From positions 150,598,001 to 150,662,000 of the forward strand of contig NC_042997.1 in NCBI RefSeq assembly GCF_006345805.1: a DNA stretch of 64,000 nt, read 5' to 3'. Of this stretch, positions 51,072 to 63,164 are shown in pieces. Under the pieces are notes generated by a model. It saw only the letters and a program-made list of their open reading frames with translations, ran no database searches and had not been told where the DNA came from. How positions within the stretch are numbered: position 1 is the stretch's first letter; each line of letters begins with the position of its first letter. Origin of the DNA: Octopus sinensis. Lineage: Eukaryota. A program made the position numbers and the translations under genes.

Positions 51072-51520
51072 CGATTGGTCAACAAGTTGATGACGTCTAG
51101 CTCTGCTAGAATGGACAGGATACAAACAGGGGACAGTCATTAGTCAGAATATTGATGACGTCCTTTTCTGCTTGAATAGTCACCTAACAAGTACAGACAG
51201 GGAGCAGATTTAATGTAGCTATTAGTCGTGATTGGGCAGAATCTGGATGACGTCCCGCTCTACTTGACTAACGAAGCGACTGGTCAAAACAGGAAACAAA
51301 CAAGAGGGAGTTATAATGCAGCGATTGGTCAAAATAATGATGACGTCCCGTTCTACTTGATTAAAGCCACCTAACGAAACGATTGGTCAAAACATTGATG
51401 ACGTCACACTACGCTAGATTGACCACCTAACAGGCATTATAAAACCGAGCATTTCACAAAAACTCACTAGAACCACCCAGCGAACTTCCACCATGGGTCA
51501 TCACAATTGCTTAAGGTAAA
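51072..51520 (+). promoter_or_regulatory. Putative pLTR Pol II promoter: five CCAAT(reverse)+CRE modules, TATA, Inr, Kozak ATG, splice donor
   Basis: TGACGTC at 51091, 51156, 51248, 51341 and 51399 (last is perfect TGACGTCA), each preceded by ATTGG or ATTAG; TATAAAA 51438; TCACT with A at 51466; CCACCATGG with ATG at 51493; AAG|GTAAAA at 51515/51516. Confidence 0.7.
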
Positions 51521-51751
51521 AATGAATTCCTCGCTCTTTCGGAAACATCAATCTTCTGTATTGACCGCTTTCCACCACTTTGATCTGTTTTTTGTATTGA
51601 ATACGTATCGCCACCGTGGGCCACTGCATCGAACACTTTGAACATATACTTCAAACTATATATCAACTATACATGAACTCTAAGATGTCTGACTCCGTTG
51701 TGTATTATAAATGAATTTCTTGTGTTTGACGGCATGAGCTGTCTTTTTTTA

Positions 51752-51810
51752 TATATAACTTTTTTTGATAAGGTTCATTTCAGGAACTGAAACATGTTAT
51801 AATGTATATA
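51752..51810 (+). ncRNA. pLTR hammerhead candidate with compensatory U3-A8 core
   Basis: TTGATAA-GGTTC-atttcag-GAACT-GAA-ACATGT-T; stem I is imperfect and AT-rich. Confidence 0.55.
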
Positions 51811-51860
51811 TAAAAATAAAAAATTGTATAATACAGCAGCATTTTCGAACTTCATCTTTT

Positions 51861-51897
<37 letters not shown>

Positions 51898-51900
<3 letters not shown>

Positions 51901-52085
51901 TAAGTAATTAAGGGTTTAGCAACGATTTGCCTCACCACACACCGGATTTAGAAATAGCAGTCAAAAGAGTTTTGGCTATTCTTTCTACTTAAAAGTAGAA
52001 AGAATAGCCAAAACTATTTTGACTGCTATTTCTAAATCCGGTGTGTGGTGAGGCAAATCGTTGCTAAACCCTTAATTACTTAGTA
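51898..52085. repeat. Near-perfect palindrome (arms about 92 bp) next to (TA)n
   Basis: TACTAAGTAATTAAGGG...TTTCTACTT-AA-AAGTAGAAA...CCCTTAATTACTTAGTA. Confidence 0.92.
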
Positions 52086-52186
52086 TTACTTAAACCTTCC
52101 TTGAATGGGGCTTTTACATGCCGAAATCTACTTGGTGAGATTAATGATTATTCCAAATTAATTAATTTCACCCTATATTACTATTG

Positions 52187-52274
<88 letters not shown>

Positions 52275-52559
52275 TTATATATATGGTTGCTTAAAGGATC
52301 GTAATTTTCCCGTTGCTTCCATAAAGTTATAAAACATGTATGAAACACTTTGTAAAGTTTTTAACGATCCACTATAGTGAGTGGATCAGGTTATATCTTC
52401 GGTTCTTGTGATTGTTTAAGCTCTCGCTTCTTTCATATTAAACTATTTCGCAGATTCTTTTGAACATTTTCCATCCTGAATTTGATTTAATTATTTAATT
52501 TTGGAGATGTACTCGCATAGCAAGTAATTTGATCTGAGATGGTGTGCTGAAACGAAAAC

Positions 52560-52762
52560 AATTGCAGCGTGGAAGGTGTTTATAAGCCATTTAAGAAACA
52601 CACAAAAGCCGTTCGATTCACTTCAACATTTAAGTTTAATTTGTCAAAATGCGGATTTTAGCGACGAAAATATTTTGACAAATTAAACTTAAATGTTGAA
52701 GTGAATCGAACGGCTTTTGTGTGTTTCTTAAATGGCTTATAAACACCTTCCACGCTGCAATT
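52560..52762. repeat. Fold-back, arms about 91 bp, 21-bp spacer; probable pLTR fragment
   Basis: AATTGCAGCGTGG...GTCAAAAT / ATTTTGAC...CCACGCTGCAATT. Confidence 0.9.
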
Positions 52763-53001
52763 ATTTAATTTTCTTTTCTAGATAAATCGACCTGCTTGAC
52801 ATTTATATCCCCATTGCTCAAACTCGTCAATATTTAAAATCACATAAAATTTAAACTTGAATTGTTGTTTACAGTATAGCTAATCTCAGTATGGAGATAC
52901 TGAATCGAAAGTAAAATAGCAGATAAGTGAATGCTCAAAATGGAAAGCAAGAAGTAGAACTTTGTCTCTGCAAAGAATAGCATCGGTACAAACTAAAACA
53001 A

Positions 53002-53064
<63 letters not shown>

Positions 53065-53087
53065 AGTAAAAAATGGGTGGAATTAAT

Positions 53088-53292
53088 TAATGTTAATCAA
53101 TTCGACCAAGCAGTATTCGGTATGTAAAAAGACCATTTACGGTATATTTGAAGTATTAATTTATAAAAATATGGTAAAGTAAAAAATTCACTTTACCACA
53201 CACCGAACTTATCAGAATGTTAATCAATTCGACCAAGCAGTATTGGCTTCTGATAACTTCTGATAAGTTCGGTGTGTGGTAAAGTGAATTTT
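53088..53292. repeat. Combined direct repeat (about 29 bp) and inverted repeat (about 35 bp)
   Basis: AATGTTAATCAATTCGACCAAGCAGTATT twice; AAAATTCACTTTACCACACACCGAACTTATCAGAA inverted. Confidence 0.85.
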
Positions 53293-53484
53293 ATATATAT
53301 ATATATATATATAATATATATATGTATATATTTATATATTTGCCAATGTGAAAATCGATTACGGTGCAAATGTACAGGCAGCCGCATATCATAGACATGT
53401 ACGTATGTATGCATGTTGCCGCGTGTGTATTGTTGGCGATTTTCTTTCTCCGTCTTCCCTTCCTTGGACCTTTCCTTTTTCTAT

Positions 53485-53519
53485 GTTTCTGACCAAGAGC
53501 TCCACTCGAAACGTTAACT
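53485..53519 (+). ncRNA. Degenerate hammerhead (family 3, G8C change)
   Basis: GTTT-CTGACCA-AGAGC-tcc-ACTC-GAAACGTT-AACT. Confidence 0.45.
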
Positions 53520-53614
53520 CCTCCTTTCTTTCCTTTCCTGACCGTCCAGTAACACTATACATGTTCCACTTCCTCGCGTTGATGTGTTTTCTCTTTGTGT
53601 TTTAATGTTTGGAT

Positions 53615-53653
<39 letters not shown>

Positions 53654-53658
<5 letters not shown>

Positions 53659-53958
53659 TAAATTAGAGACAAAACCACTATTATGCAAATCAAACAATGA
53701 AAGACTTAAGCCAATACATAAATTTATTTATATTATTTAGATATGTAACAATTATTAAGAAATATAATTAAATTAATATAAATTAATATAAATAATATAA
53801 ATTAATTTATATATTGGCTTAAGTCTTTCATTGTTTGATTTGCATAATAGTGGTTTTGTCTCTAATTTAATATAATATAGTATCTTACTATAAAATTGGA
53901 TTCAATCCTAAATCTGATTTTTCCCTGTAAGTTTGGATTTATTCCCTAATATTTATTA
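53654..53958. mobile_element. Third family-1 pLTR fold-back; the hammerhead region is replaced by AT-rich filler
   Basis: ATTAGAGACAAAACCACTATT..CAAATCAAAC arm and CCTAAATCTGATTTTCCCTGTAA..TTATTCCCTAATATT end shared with the 12664 and 33901 copies. Confidence 0.88.
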
Positions 53959-54793
53959 TATATATATATATATATAGGTAGGTGTGAGAGATAGACAGAT
54001 ATGTGATTGTACGTGTGTATGTCTGTGTTTGTGTATGTGTGAGTCTGTGTGTGAGAGCACCTCTGAAAACAGGATGCGCGAGGACCTGTTTTATTCTAAT
54101 CCAATATTAATGTTGCAAAAAATACCTATTTTAATGAAAAATTCTGCACATTTTCTCGATAGACTTTCTAATAATATTATCACATGAATTCGTCTTTAGT
54201 TTTGATGGATATTTCAGTGAGAGACCCGAAATCATGACAGTCCTCCACTGAAATTGCACATCATTTCGGTTAATATTTGAAAAGTGGCATTCGGAGCAGC
54301 TATATTATTGGAAGGATGAGCTTTCTGAGAATGAAGTAGGTTTCTATGAACCACGTACTACCTTATACTGCATAATTCATCTATACTGAGTTTAACCGCA
54401 CTTTCCGGCACGTCAGCGTATCCAGAGGCTTCAATTCTAAAACTCTATTAATGATATGAGATGGAATTGCTTGACATCTCTTACCCACCATTCCTATGAC
54501 CCGCGCAGTTGATGAGACCTTAGTTTGCATCTCTCTTTTAGAACATTTGGTTTGATCGAAGCCCTTCAGAGTAGAACATGCCATGTGTGTGTGAGTTTAA
54601 CCTTGTTAATTCACCTTCCTACGGATCAATCGGTCCACTTGTGACGTTGAAGACACGAACTGACCTTGTCTAGTTTTTTGTCAAATGTAATAGTGTATCA
54701 CTATTCCGTCACATGAAGATCTCGGACGATTCTACATTATAATTGTCTATAAGGTTTCAAACACGTAGATGAATTGGGGTGCCCCAATAATGA

Positions 54794-55324
54794 CTAATCT
54801 CCTATATGTTTTCCCTTAGACACAGGTGAAATATTCTTGCAAGTGGCTTCCATTTTTATCAGAACTTGTAGAAATAATCCTAAATCATTTAGAAAGTTAA
54901 CAATCTCAAAATTATGGTTTACCACATATATGGCAAACTGAATGTGTTGTGCAGGCGAAAGAATAAAATTCCTATTAATTGGTTTCAAGAGGGTAATACA
55001 CCGATAATTAAGGATACTCGCGTTCCCCTCATACCTACAGATATTTATATGTACGTATATATCACTTAAGACAAACATATATTCTACACTTTTTTGTATA
55101 TGCTTATGTGCCTTGGCTAGTAGAGTTGAGTCAGAACACTTGTGCTGAAGGTGCTGATTGAGGCATAAACACAAATTCACGAATTTGGTTTTATCTCCTG
55201 TCAAGAAGCCTGTTCTCTTCCATAGTAGCATGCAACGTTTGAAGAAATTCTTGATTGACGAAATTATCTCCCCTTCTTGTACGGGGACAGTCTCAAATGC
55301 CATTTGGTTGCTGTGACACATCCT
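54794..55324 (-). pseudogene. 175-codon open segment, probably sacsin-like repeat-region fragment
   Basis: Stop-free in AT-rich DNA, preceded by an acceptor-like TCTCTCCAG. Motif order LLWKR..FVNLC..VLSDIYVHI..TLLKP..AIYVV..FLNDLG..QVL parallels recalled sacsin LLWTS..VINNC..VLRSIYEFL..KLLKP..YLYKLP..LFKHLG..VEVL. Confidence 0.5.
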
Positions 55325-55745
55325 CTGGAGAGATCAATTTAACAAAACACGTATTTATGTCGTATGTTTTCTGATATACCTCTATTTTATTATAGTATTC
55401 ATATACATCTCCTCTGGTCATTTTGAAATATTTCTGTTAGCATATCTCTGTTAAGTTTATATACATACATACATATGCGTATAAACACGTACATACATAT
55501 ATATTCACGTCATATACACATACATGTGTGTGCGCGTGTATATGAAGTGAATATATATGAATGTACGTATTTATACGCATATGAATGTATGTATGTATAT
55601 AAACTTAACAGAAATATGCTGAGAGAAATATTTCTAAGTGACCAGAGGCGATGTATCTGAATACTATAATGAAAACATCAGTCGCCATGATAGATCGTTA
55701 GCCACTACACGTATTTTTTTCTCTCCTTGTTTCTCTCCTTGTGTC

Positions 55746-55783
55746 TCTTTCTGTAGAAGAGCGTAGGCTCGAAACGTAACAGA
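55746..55783 (+). ncRNA. Degenerate hammerhead (A6U change) in a pLTR relic
   Basis: TCTTT-CTGTAGA-A-GAGC-gtag-GCTC-GAA-ACGT-A-ACAGA. Confidence 0.45.
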
Positions 55784-55869
55784 CTTTTTCTATTATTGAG
55801 CGTTATACTAACACTTCTGTTTGTTTTGTACACCACCTGTCTCCGTCTTTTGTTTTTTTCGTAAACTCT

Positions 55870-55913
<44 letters not shown>

Positions 55914-57059
55914 TATATATATATACACACATATAGTCCAACCTATGTCCTGTTCTTATGTTCTTTAATATGAAAAGCTTACCATTGTGTATTTGTCTTG
56001 TAGCAGAAAATGTTATTACATTATTTGCAATATCTGTCAACACAATTCAAATCCCATGGATGTTGACTTGGCGTTTCATCCTGAAAATCCGGACAAAATA
56101 ATGTATCAGTTTGTTATTGGGTTAGACATTATAGACTTCCCCTTAAAAAAATTTGAACTTGGAACCATTTTAGAAAATACAATATAGTGGAATCACACCA
56201 TACCGCAGCATTGTTCCACAATGCCGTGACTGAGTTTTACTCTTGTGGTGAGTAACGCTTTGCATCTTTCTTCCACCTTCTCATTCACTTGTTCAGTTCT
56301 CACTCTCTTCCTCCTGTCCCCTCTCTAGCTATCTGTTTCCCTATCACAAACATAAGTACAGACATAAACTCGCACTCCTGCCCACACATTGACACATACT
56401 TACACTGGTGTACAGCTTCTCAAACAAAAGCACACAGTTCAGAATATCAAATCATGTTTATATGCATGAAATACTGTCATAGAGTGAAACAAATCGGTAG
56501 AATCTGTAACTGATTCTTTGGAGAAGAACTATTTTGATCTTCTGTACAAATTTACTGATGTACAGAAGCTAAGTATATCTGTCGGGAAATTTATGTATAC
56601 CGGAAGATCTTTATCTTCTTAAACGATATATATGTGGTGGGAAATTTGTATACCGTAATAGGTAAAAGACATTTGCCTTTTACATCGGCCCAGTTAAGTA
56701 TGATTTAAATAGATAATTTGTTTTAGTGCAGTGCTAATTTTAGTCTGCGTATTTACAGGAAGGCAATTTACGCAGGTCTGGGCTATTCATAATTTTTATT
56801 TCTTCTTGAAACAGAACCACAAAGAGGTCAGTATCCCAGCAACCGGAGAAATTATGATGCGGCAGAAGGAGAAGCCATTCATACGTGCCTGTCTATATAT
56901 GTTTATCTGTCAATCTGTCTGTCTGTCTTTTTCATTCTCAATCATTGTTTTCTCTCCCTTCCCTTTCTCTCTCACTATATATAGAGAGAGGGAGAGAGAG
57001 AAACACATATATATATATGTATATATATGAATCTATATATGTATGCATATATATATATA

Positions 57060-57106
<47 letters not shown>

Positions 57107-57128
57107 TATATATGTAAGTATATGAATA

Positions 57129-57180
<52 letters not shown>

Positions 57181-57229
57181 ATATGTATATATACATATAT
57201 ATTCATATACCTATATATATGTGTGTGTG

Positions 57230-57280
<51 letters not shown>

Positions 57281-57307
57281 TTTTCTTTCTCTCCCTCTTT
57301 CTCTATG

Positions 57308-57338
<31 letters not shown>

Positions 57339-57375
57339 TGAGAGAGAGAGAGAGAGAAAAGATTGTATGTATGTG

Positions 57376-57441
<66 letters not shown>

Positions 57442-57679
57442 TCCATACATTTATGCACCCACAAACAGGAGTATGCCGATTAATACGGATTCATATATTC
57501 GAGTATATGTTACATATAAGAAATCAATGAAAATCTGATACAGTATAATATCTATTTTATTTTCGTCTTCTTCCTATTCTTGCTAAATATATAACCCTTA
57601 ATCATTATTTTAGAAAAATGATTTCTGCAACATCGTCTGTACTACGTCTGTTTTATCTACACGTATATCCATTTCTTTT

Positions 57680-59900
57680 TTAATTTTCTCTGTATTTATA
57701 CACCGCGTGAACTAGAGAAAGCCTACTATTAGAAGCATTGTTAATTGGGATTTTACTATAACGCCAAATCTCAAGTTTGTTATTATGAGTTTTAAATGAG
57801 TTTCGGTCTTATAAGTGGTGAAATTGCCAATGGAAAGAAACATAAGTTACAGGATCAAAAGAAAATTTAGTAATTATTAACAAATAGGAAAATGAAACCA
57901 GTACACTGTGAGTCAACACTGCGAAATATTATTACGAGTACGAAGGTTTACAGTGACCTTTATAGAATTACTCTTTTATGATCGATACACCAAGAAACTA
58001 GAAACAAATTAGTAGCCTGCATCGTCATTTTTCTATTTGCATCGATGATTGCAACCGAAAAGCAGTTATTAAAGACAAATGTGCATCAAACCACAGGTAT
58101 AATACAAACTGAATGGACAAAACAAAACCTAACTGAAATATAAGCTTAATATTTTCTATACATTTTGGCTCGTATAGAAGACAATCTAGAATCAATAACG
58201 TTAGGAGTGCTTGGGAAAGTGAAAGAACATCCAACTTCACAACATGCAGATATCATGCCGGTGCAATAGTATTGAAACAGAATTTAGTTTTGGAAACTAT
58301 TTTAAAATAGTGATTGATTATTCATTTTTAACACGTTCCAGCAGATTCGAACATGAATATGCTAATCGTTTCTGTGTTTCGTCATAGGAGAACAACTTCT
58401 AATAAGCATTTGTAACACTCTCGGGTCATTAGGAGACGCGGTGTTATGACATGATTCTCTCACGTCAGGCAAATGCATCCTGGCATAATTTTGAATACGA
58501 CACGAGTTTGAAGTTGTTGTTTAAGATTCAACGGACAGTTTGTTGAACTCTTGTTATGGTCATTACTGCAGGGTAATCAGCTGATCCTCCTGAATAATGC
58601 ATACAGATATCTGCAAAACATAAATTATGTTCAATTGTGCTGGAAGTACTGAGAAAATTACGCAAGACATCGCTTAGTTTCCCGTTATTCACCTTCTATA
58701 TAATATATTTCAATATCCCTGGCTATATTTTAATATGCTCTCCTTTATCCGGTGCACCTATCACCCATCACTCCTACTTTATTTGCTGCGTGTTGTTTCA
58801 TAGATTTTATCACTCACCTGATTCTGTGTTAAATAACTTTCATTAAACCATTTAGAATTTTGAATGGTTTTCATCAGTTGGATAAACATTCCTGACACAG
58901 ATTTCTTATCATTTTGTATTGTGTAAAGAATTTACCTTAAAATTCTTCCTCAGCTCTACCAATTCAACCGCATCTGTATCTGTCAAGCAATAGTCAGATT
59001 CTCAAATGGCTTTGATGCATCAAGGAAATGTGGCACTGTTGTTCGCAATATCCCTTTGAAATGATAATTCGTACCTCGTTTCAATTAATCACACGAGCCA
59101 GGATTTTGGCCAGAGGATAAATCCCTCCAAGCCAACCCTCGAGTAGGCACTGACACAATATTGTGCAGTGAGTTTCATTCCGACTGAAAGACAAACGATG
59201 ATAAAAATAAAACGCGAATATTTGTAGGAAACCAAAGAAAAATTTTATGTTTTGTAATTGTGAATTTACTGCAGAATAAATAATACAAAAATATTTTAGC
59301 GGATTCTCCTTTTTTGTGATATTACCGATATAGAATAGCACTAAAATTTCAATAAATACACTTTAAGAAATATCTATCACATTATGGTCGTTTCTCAATT
59401 AATTTTCAATTGATATCATTCACTCACCGTGTACAGATACGGTCTACACAAAATATGTGTTATATGTTTTTAAGAGCCAGTTTCATCCTATTTAAAATAG
59501 GAATTGCATAAGTCATCTGTATACAGTGCAGAAGGTAAATGTTATCATCATTTTGATGGAAAGGCTACTCCAGTTTGGTTCGGCTTATTACCTCCCTTTT
59601 ATTTATTCCAATTATAAGAGTGACGTCTTTCATTAAAGCTTCCAGACCTGACTCTGCAAACTGACATCAAAGTAGTTTCACTTCTAAGAAATTTCTTGCA
59701 TGTGTAATAGTCATTTCCACAGGAATAAGCCACGATACCGCTCTCAAAATCTGTTCAATTAATCGTGTTGATTTGGTAAAAGCTTAAACTACTGCACATG
59801 CGTCCATCAGCTTTGCGCAAGACTGCACAAAAACAGAATTGCCCGAATGTCAGAGGCGAACATTTGCTGACAATATTTCACTCACTGTCTCTATGTTAAA
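57680..59900 (-). pseudogene. Decayed coding-like segments, possibly sacsin-like N-terminal repeat region
   Basis: DVLSLSQALLTLLILDCLLYEPKCIENIKL (compare LLLFL.NV..I) and FSFDPVTYVSFHWQF (compare FCFLP..TGLPVHVNG.F); multiple stops. Confidence 0.3.
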
Positions 59901-59975
59901 CGTGCGTACATAAATGATTCTTCTCTCAGGCGGTTGATCGCCCAATATTGTACCGCTCTGAAAATTTGATGATGA

Positions 59976-60014
<39 letters not shown>

Positions 60015-60015
60015 A

Positions 60016-60050
<35 letters not shown>

Positions 60051-60095
60051 GACTGTCTATGTGTTTCACTGTCTCTCTGTCTTTGTCTCTCTATC

Positions 60096-60133
<38 letters not shown>

Positions 60134-60136
<3 letters not shown>

Positions 60137-61209
60137 GTCTGCCTGTATGTATGTCTATCTAACTATGTATACATGTGTGCCTGTAATATAATATTATATA
60201 ATATATGTGTATGTGCGTATATATAATCACACACACACACATGTATGTATGCATGGGTTTATGTACGTTCTATCAATGATTTAATAATATTACATTGTAC
60301 CTTTGTTCCAATTTGCTCAATATACATTGCACGGAGCACACCACATAACTTCTTTATGCAGACGTTTATTTGTCTTTTAAACCACAACGCGTTTCTATAT
60401 TTACTGTGTTGATGAAATGTTGATGAGACAGTTAGTTGGCAATAGAGCTGATTAATGCTCCCATAAGTCAAAATAAAATAGCGTTCTCTTGCTTAGTTTT
60501 CAATATTGTTGTATCGGATGGTGTTTATTGGTTAACTGTAGCGAGAATTAAAAAAAATTACGAAGACAGATCAAACGAGCGTTGTGATTAATTATTGACT
60601 CTGCTTTTCCAAATGGGTTCTAGATCATTCCAGTCTCTCAACTTGTTTCGCCTCTGTCTGTGGTTTACATTGTTTTGTGCATGCACTCTTATTTCAAAGG
60701 ATGTTTTTGTATTTTTATTAATGGTGGAAAAGATTTAGATGCTTACATGAATGTACGTATATAATACAGACTGTGATTTACTAGGGTCGTCAGAACGACG
60801 GATGCAATATCTTGTTTTATGCATTCCAAACCTCATAGCTACGAGTTCAAGTCCATTCGTGAGTGATAAACATGTATTAATACAAAGCGTGGGTTGGCTT
60901 GAAAGATAAGAACATTAAGGTATTAGTTGTAGATATTTGCATTCGGAGTTCAAATGACAGCATTGTCTTTATGGGTACTTGTCTGACTACGTCACACTGT
61001 TTAAGAAGACCAACTGGACACTTGCTCCTCTGTAGCGTAATTCCCGCCTGATGCAAGCAATTGCCAGTTTGAGAATACATAAACAAATATTGATGGGCTT
61101 CAAAAACTGTTATGAACACGTATATGAAGCAACGTGTAATAACGACAGAGACACAGACACACACATACACACTCGTACAAAGACAAACACACAAGAATAT
61201 ACACACATT

Positions 61210-61241
<32 letters not shown>

Positions 61242-62320
61242 ATATATATCTGTCTGCCTGTATGTATGTCTATCTAACTATGTATACATGTGTGCCTGTA
61301 ATATAATATTATATAATATATGTGTATGTGCGTATATATAATCACACACACACACATGTATGTATGCATGGGTTTATGTACGTTCTATCAATGATTTAAT
61401 AATATTACATTGTACCTTTGTTCCAATTTGCTCAATATACATTGCACGGAGCACACCACATAACTTCTTTATGCAGACGTTTATTTGTCTTTTAAACCAC
61501 AACGCGTTTCTATATTTACTGTGTTGATGAAATGTTGATGAGACAGTTAGTTGGCAATAGAGCTGATTAATGCTCCCATAAGTCAAAATAAAATAGCGTT
61601 CTCTTGCTTAGTTTTCAATATTGTTGTATCGGATGGTGTTTATTGGTTAACTGTAGCGAGAATTAAAAAAAATTACGAAGACAGATCAAACGAGCGTTGT
61701 GATTAATTATTGACTCTGCTTTTCCAAATGGGTTCTAGATCATTCCAGTCTCTCAACTTGTTTCGCCTCTGTCTGTGGTTTACATTGTTTTGTGCATGCA
61801 CTCTTATTTCAAGGATGTTTTTGTATTTTTATTAATGGTGGAAAAGATTTAGATGCTTACATGAATGTACGTATATAATACAGACTGTGATTTACTAGGG
61901 TCGTCAGAACGACGGATGCAATATCTTGTTTTATGCATTCCAAACCTCATAGCTACGAGTTCAAGTCCATTCGTGAGTGATAAACATGTATTAATACAAA
62001 GCGTGGGTTGGCTTGAAAGATAAGAACATTAAGGTATTAGTTGTAGATATTTGCATTCGGAGTTCAAATGACAGCATTGTCTTTATGGGTACTTGTCTGA
62101 CTACGTCACACTGTTTAAGAAGACCAACTGGACACTTGCTCCTCTGTAGCGTAATTCCCGCCTGATGCAAGCAATTGCCAGTTTGAGAATACATAAACAA
62201 ATATTGATGGGCTTCAAAAACTGTTATGAACACGTATATGAAGCAACGTGTAATAACGACAGAGACACAGACACACACATACACACTCGTACAAAGACAA
62301 ACACACAAGAATATACACAC

Positions 62321-62324
<4 letters not shown>
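60134..62324. repeat. Tandem duplication of an approximately 1115-bp unit
   Basis: Copies 60134-61210 and 61249-62324, joined in (TA)n; the only difference I noticed outside the microsatellite is a 1-bp A-run indel (TTTCAAAGG versus TTTCAAGG). Confidence 0.97.
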
Positions 62325-62364
<40 letters not shown>

Positions 62365-63164
62365 GACGGACTTCCACACAATTTTCGTCAGCCACATACA
62401 CTCTCAAAGGTTTGGTCCGCCTGGGGCTATAGAAGAAAACGACTGTGCAAGATACTGCGCAGTAGGATTGCATACGAAACCACGTGGTTGCATATATATA
62501 CATAAGTAGATGTATAGCACACATAAGCTTAATTAACTTCGTTATTCAAGCTAAGATGATGTCTCGGGATGAATACTGCAATTAATTAGTCTATGAACAA
62601 TGCAACTGTCTTAAGTAGTATACGTCCATCGCAATTTTAAAATGCATATTGTTTCTGTAGCATATAACACATTTATACATACACACATAAATACGCATGC
62701 ACAAACACAGACACAGACACACACACATGCAAACACACGCACATATATGTGTGCATGAGTGTATGTATGTTTAAATACTTCGAAACAATGTAAATACTTC
62801 TACATAGTGAATATCATTGTAATATTTATGGTATTATCCCAATATAAGAAATCGATACATTAGTAATTTCTTGGTCACCAGCCGAACTGGAGTAAAGAAA
62901 AATTCTTTGTGGTACATGTCTTAAATTTGAGACCCACTGGAATTGACCATTTTCACAGTATTAATGCTTTTATTGAATATAAAATTAAGTTTCTAAATTC
63001 AAGTTGCAAACGTATGCCACACTCCATTAATGAAATTGACGTAAGTGAAACATAGTATTCCTCTGTGATCAAGCCTAAGGGTAGTCATTTATATACCACC
63101 GGGTCAAATATTTATATAGATAAAATCAAATATCTTATTTATCTTAGCTCTTAGATTTTCTAGT

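Larger units (their letters stand above)
49817..51865 (+). mobile_element. 5'-truncated Penelope-like element with 3' pseudo-LTR, flanked by (TA)n
   Basis: Reading frame begins just before the RT YLDD motif, runs through GIY-YIG, then a promoter/intron/hammerhead-bearing 3' region. Confidence 0.93.

Noticed and set aside
51091-51406. TGATGA within the CRE modules as hammerhead cores
   Set aside because: No C3 or compensating A8, and no downstream stem II-GAAA; these are DNA motifs.
54600-54790. Weak minus-strand similarity to a CR1-like LINE C-terminus (RDLH, FDKKLDKV)
   Set aside because: Too short and degenerate to support as a feature without a search.
55987-56187. Plus-strand 66-aa ORF with acceptor-like start
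   Set aside because: No donor and no recognisable domain; may be the antisense of the decayed minus-strand coding relic.
58820-58880. Minus-strand CTGATGA followed by an 8-bp hairpin and GAAA
   Set aside because: Three extra bases before GAAA and no stem I pairing; at best a relic.
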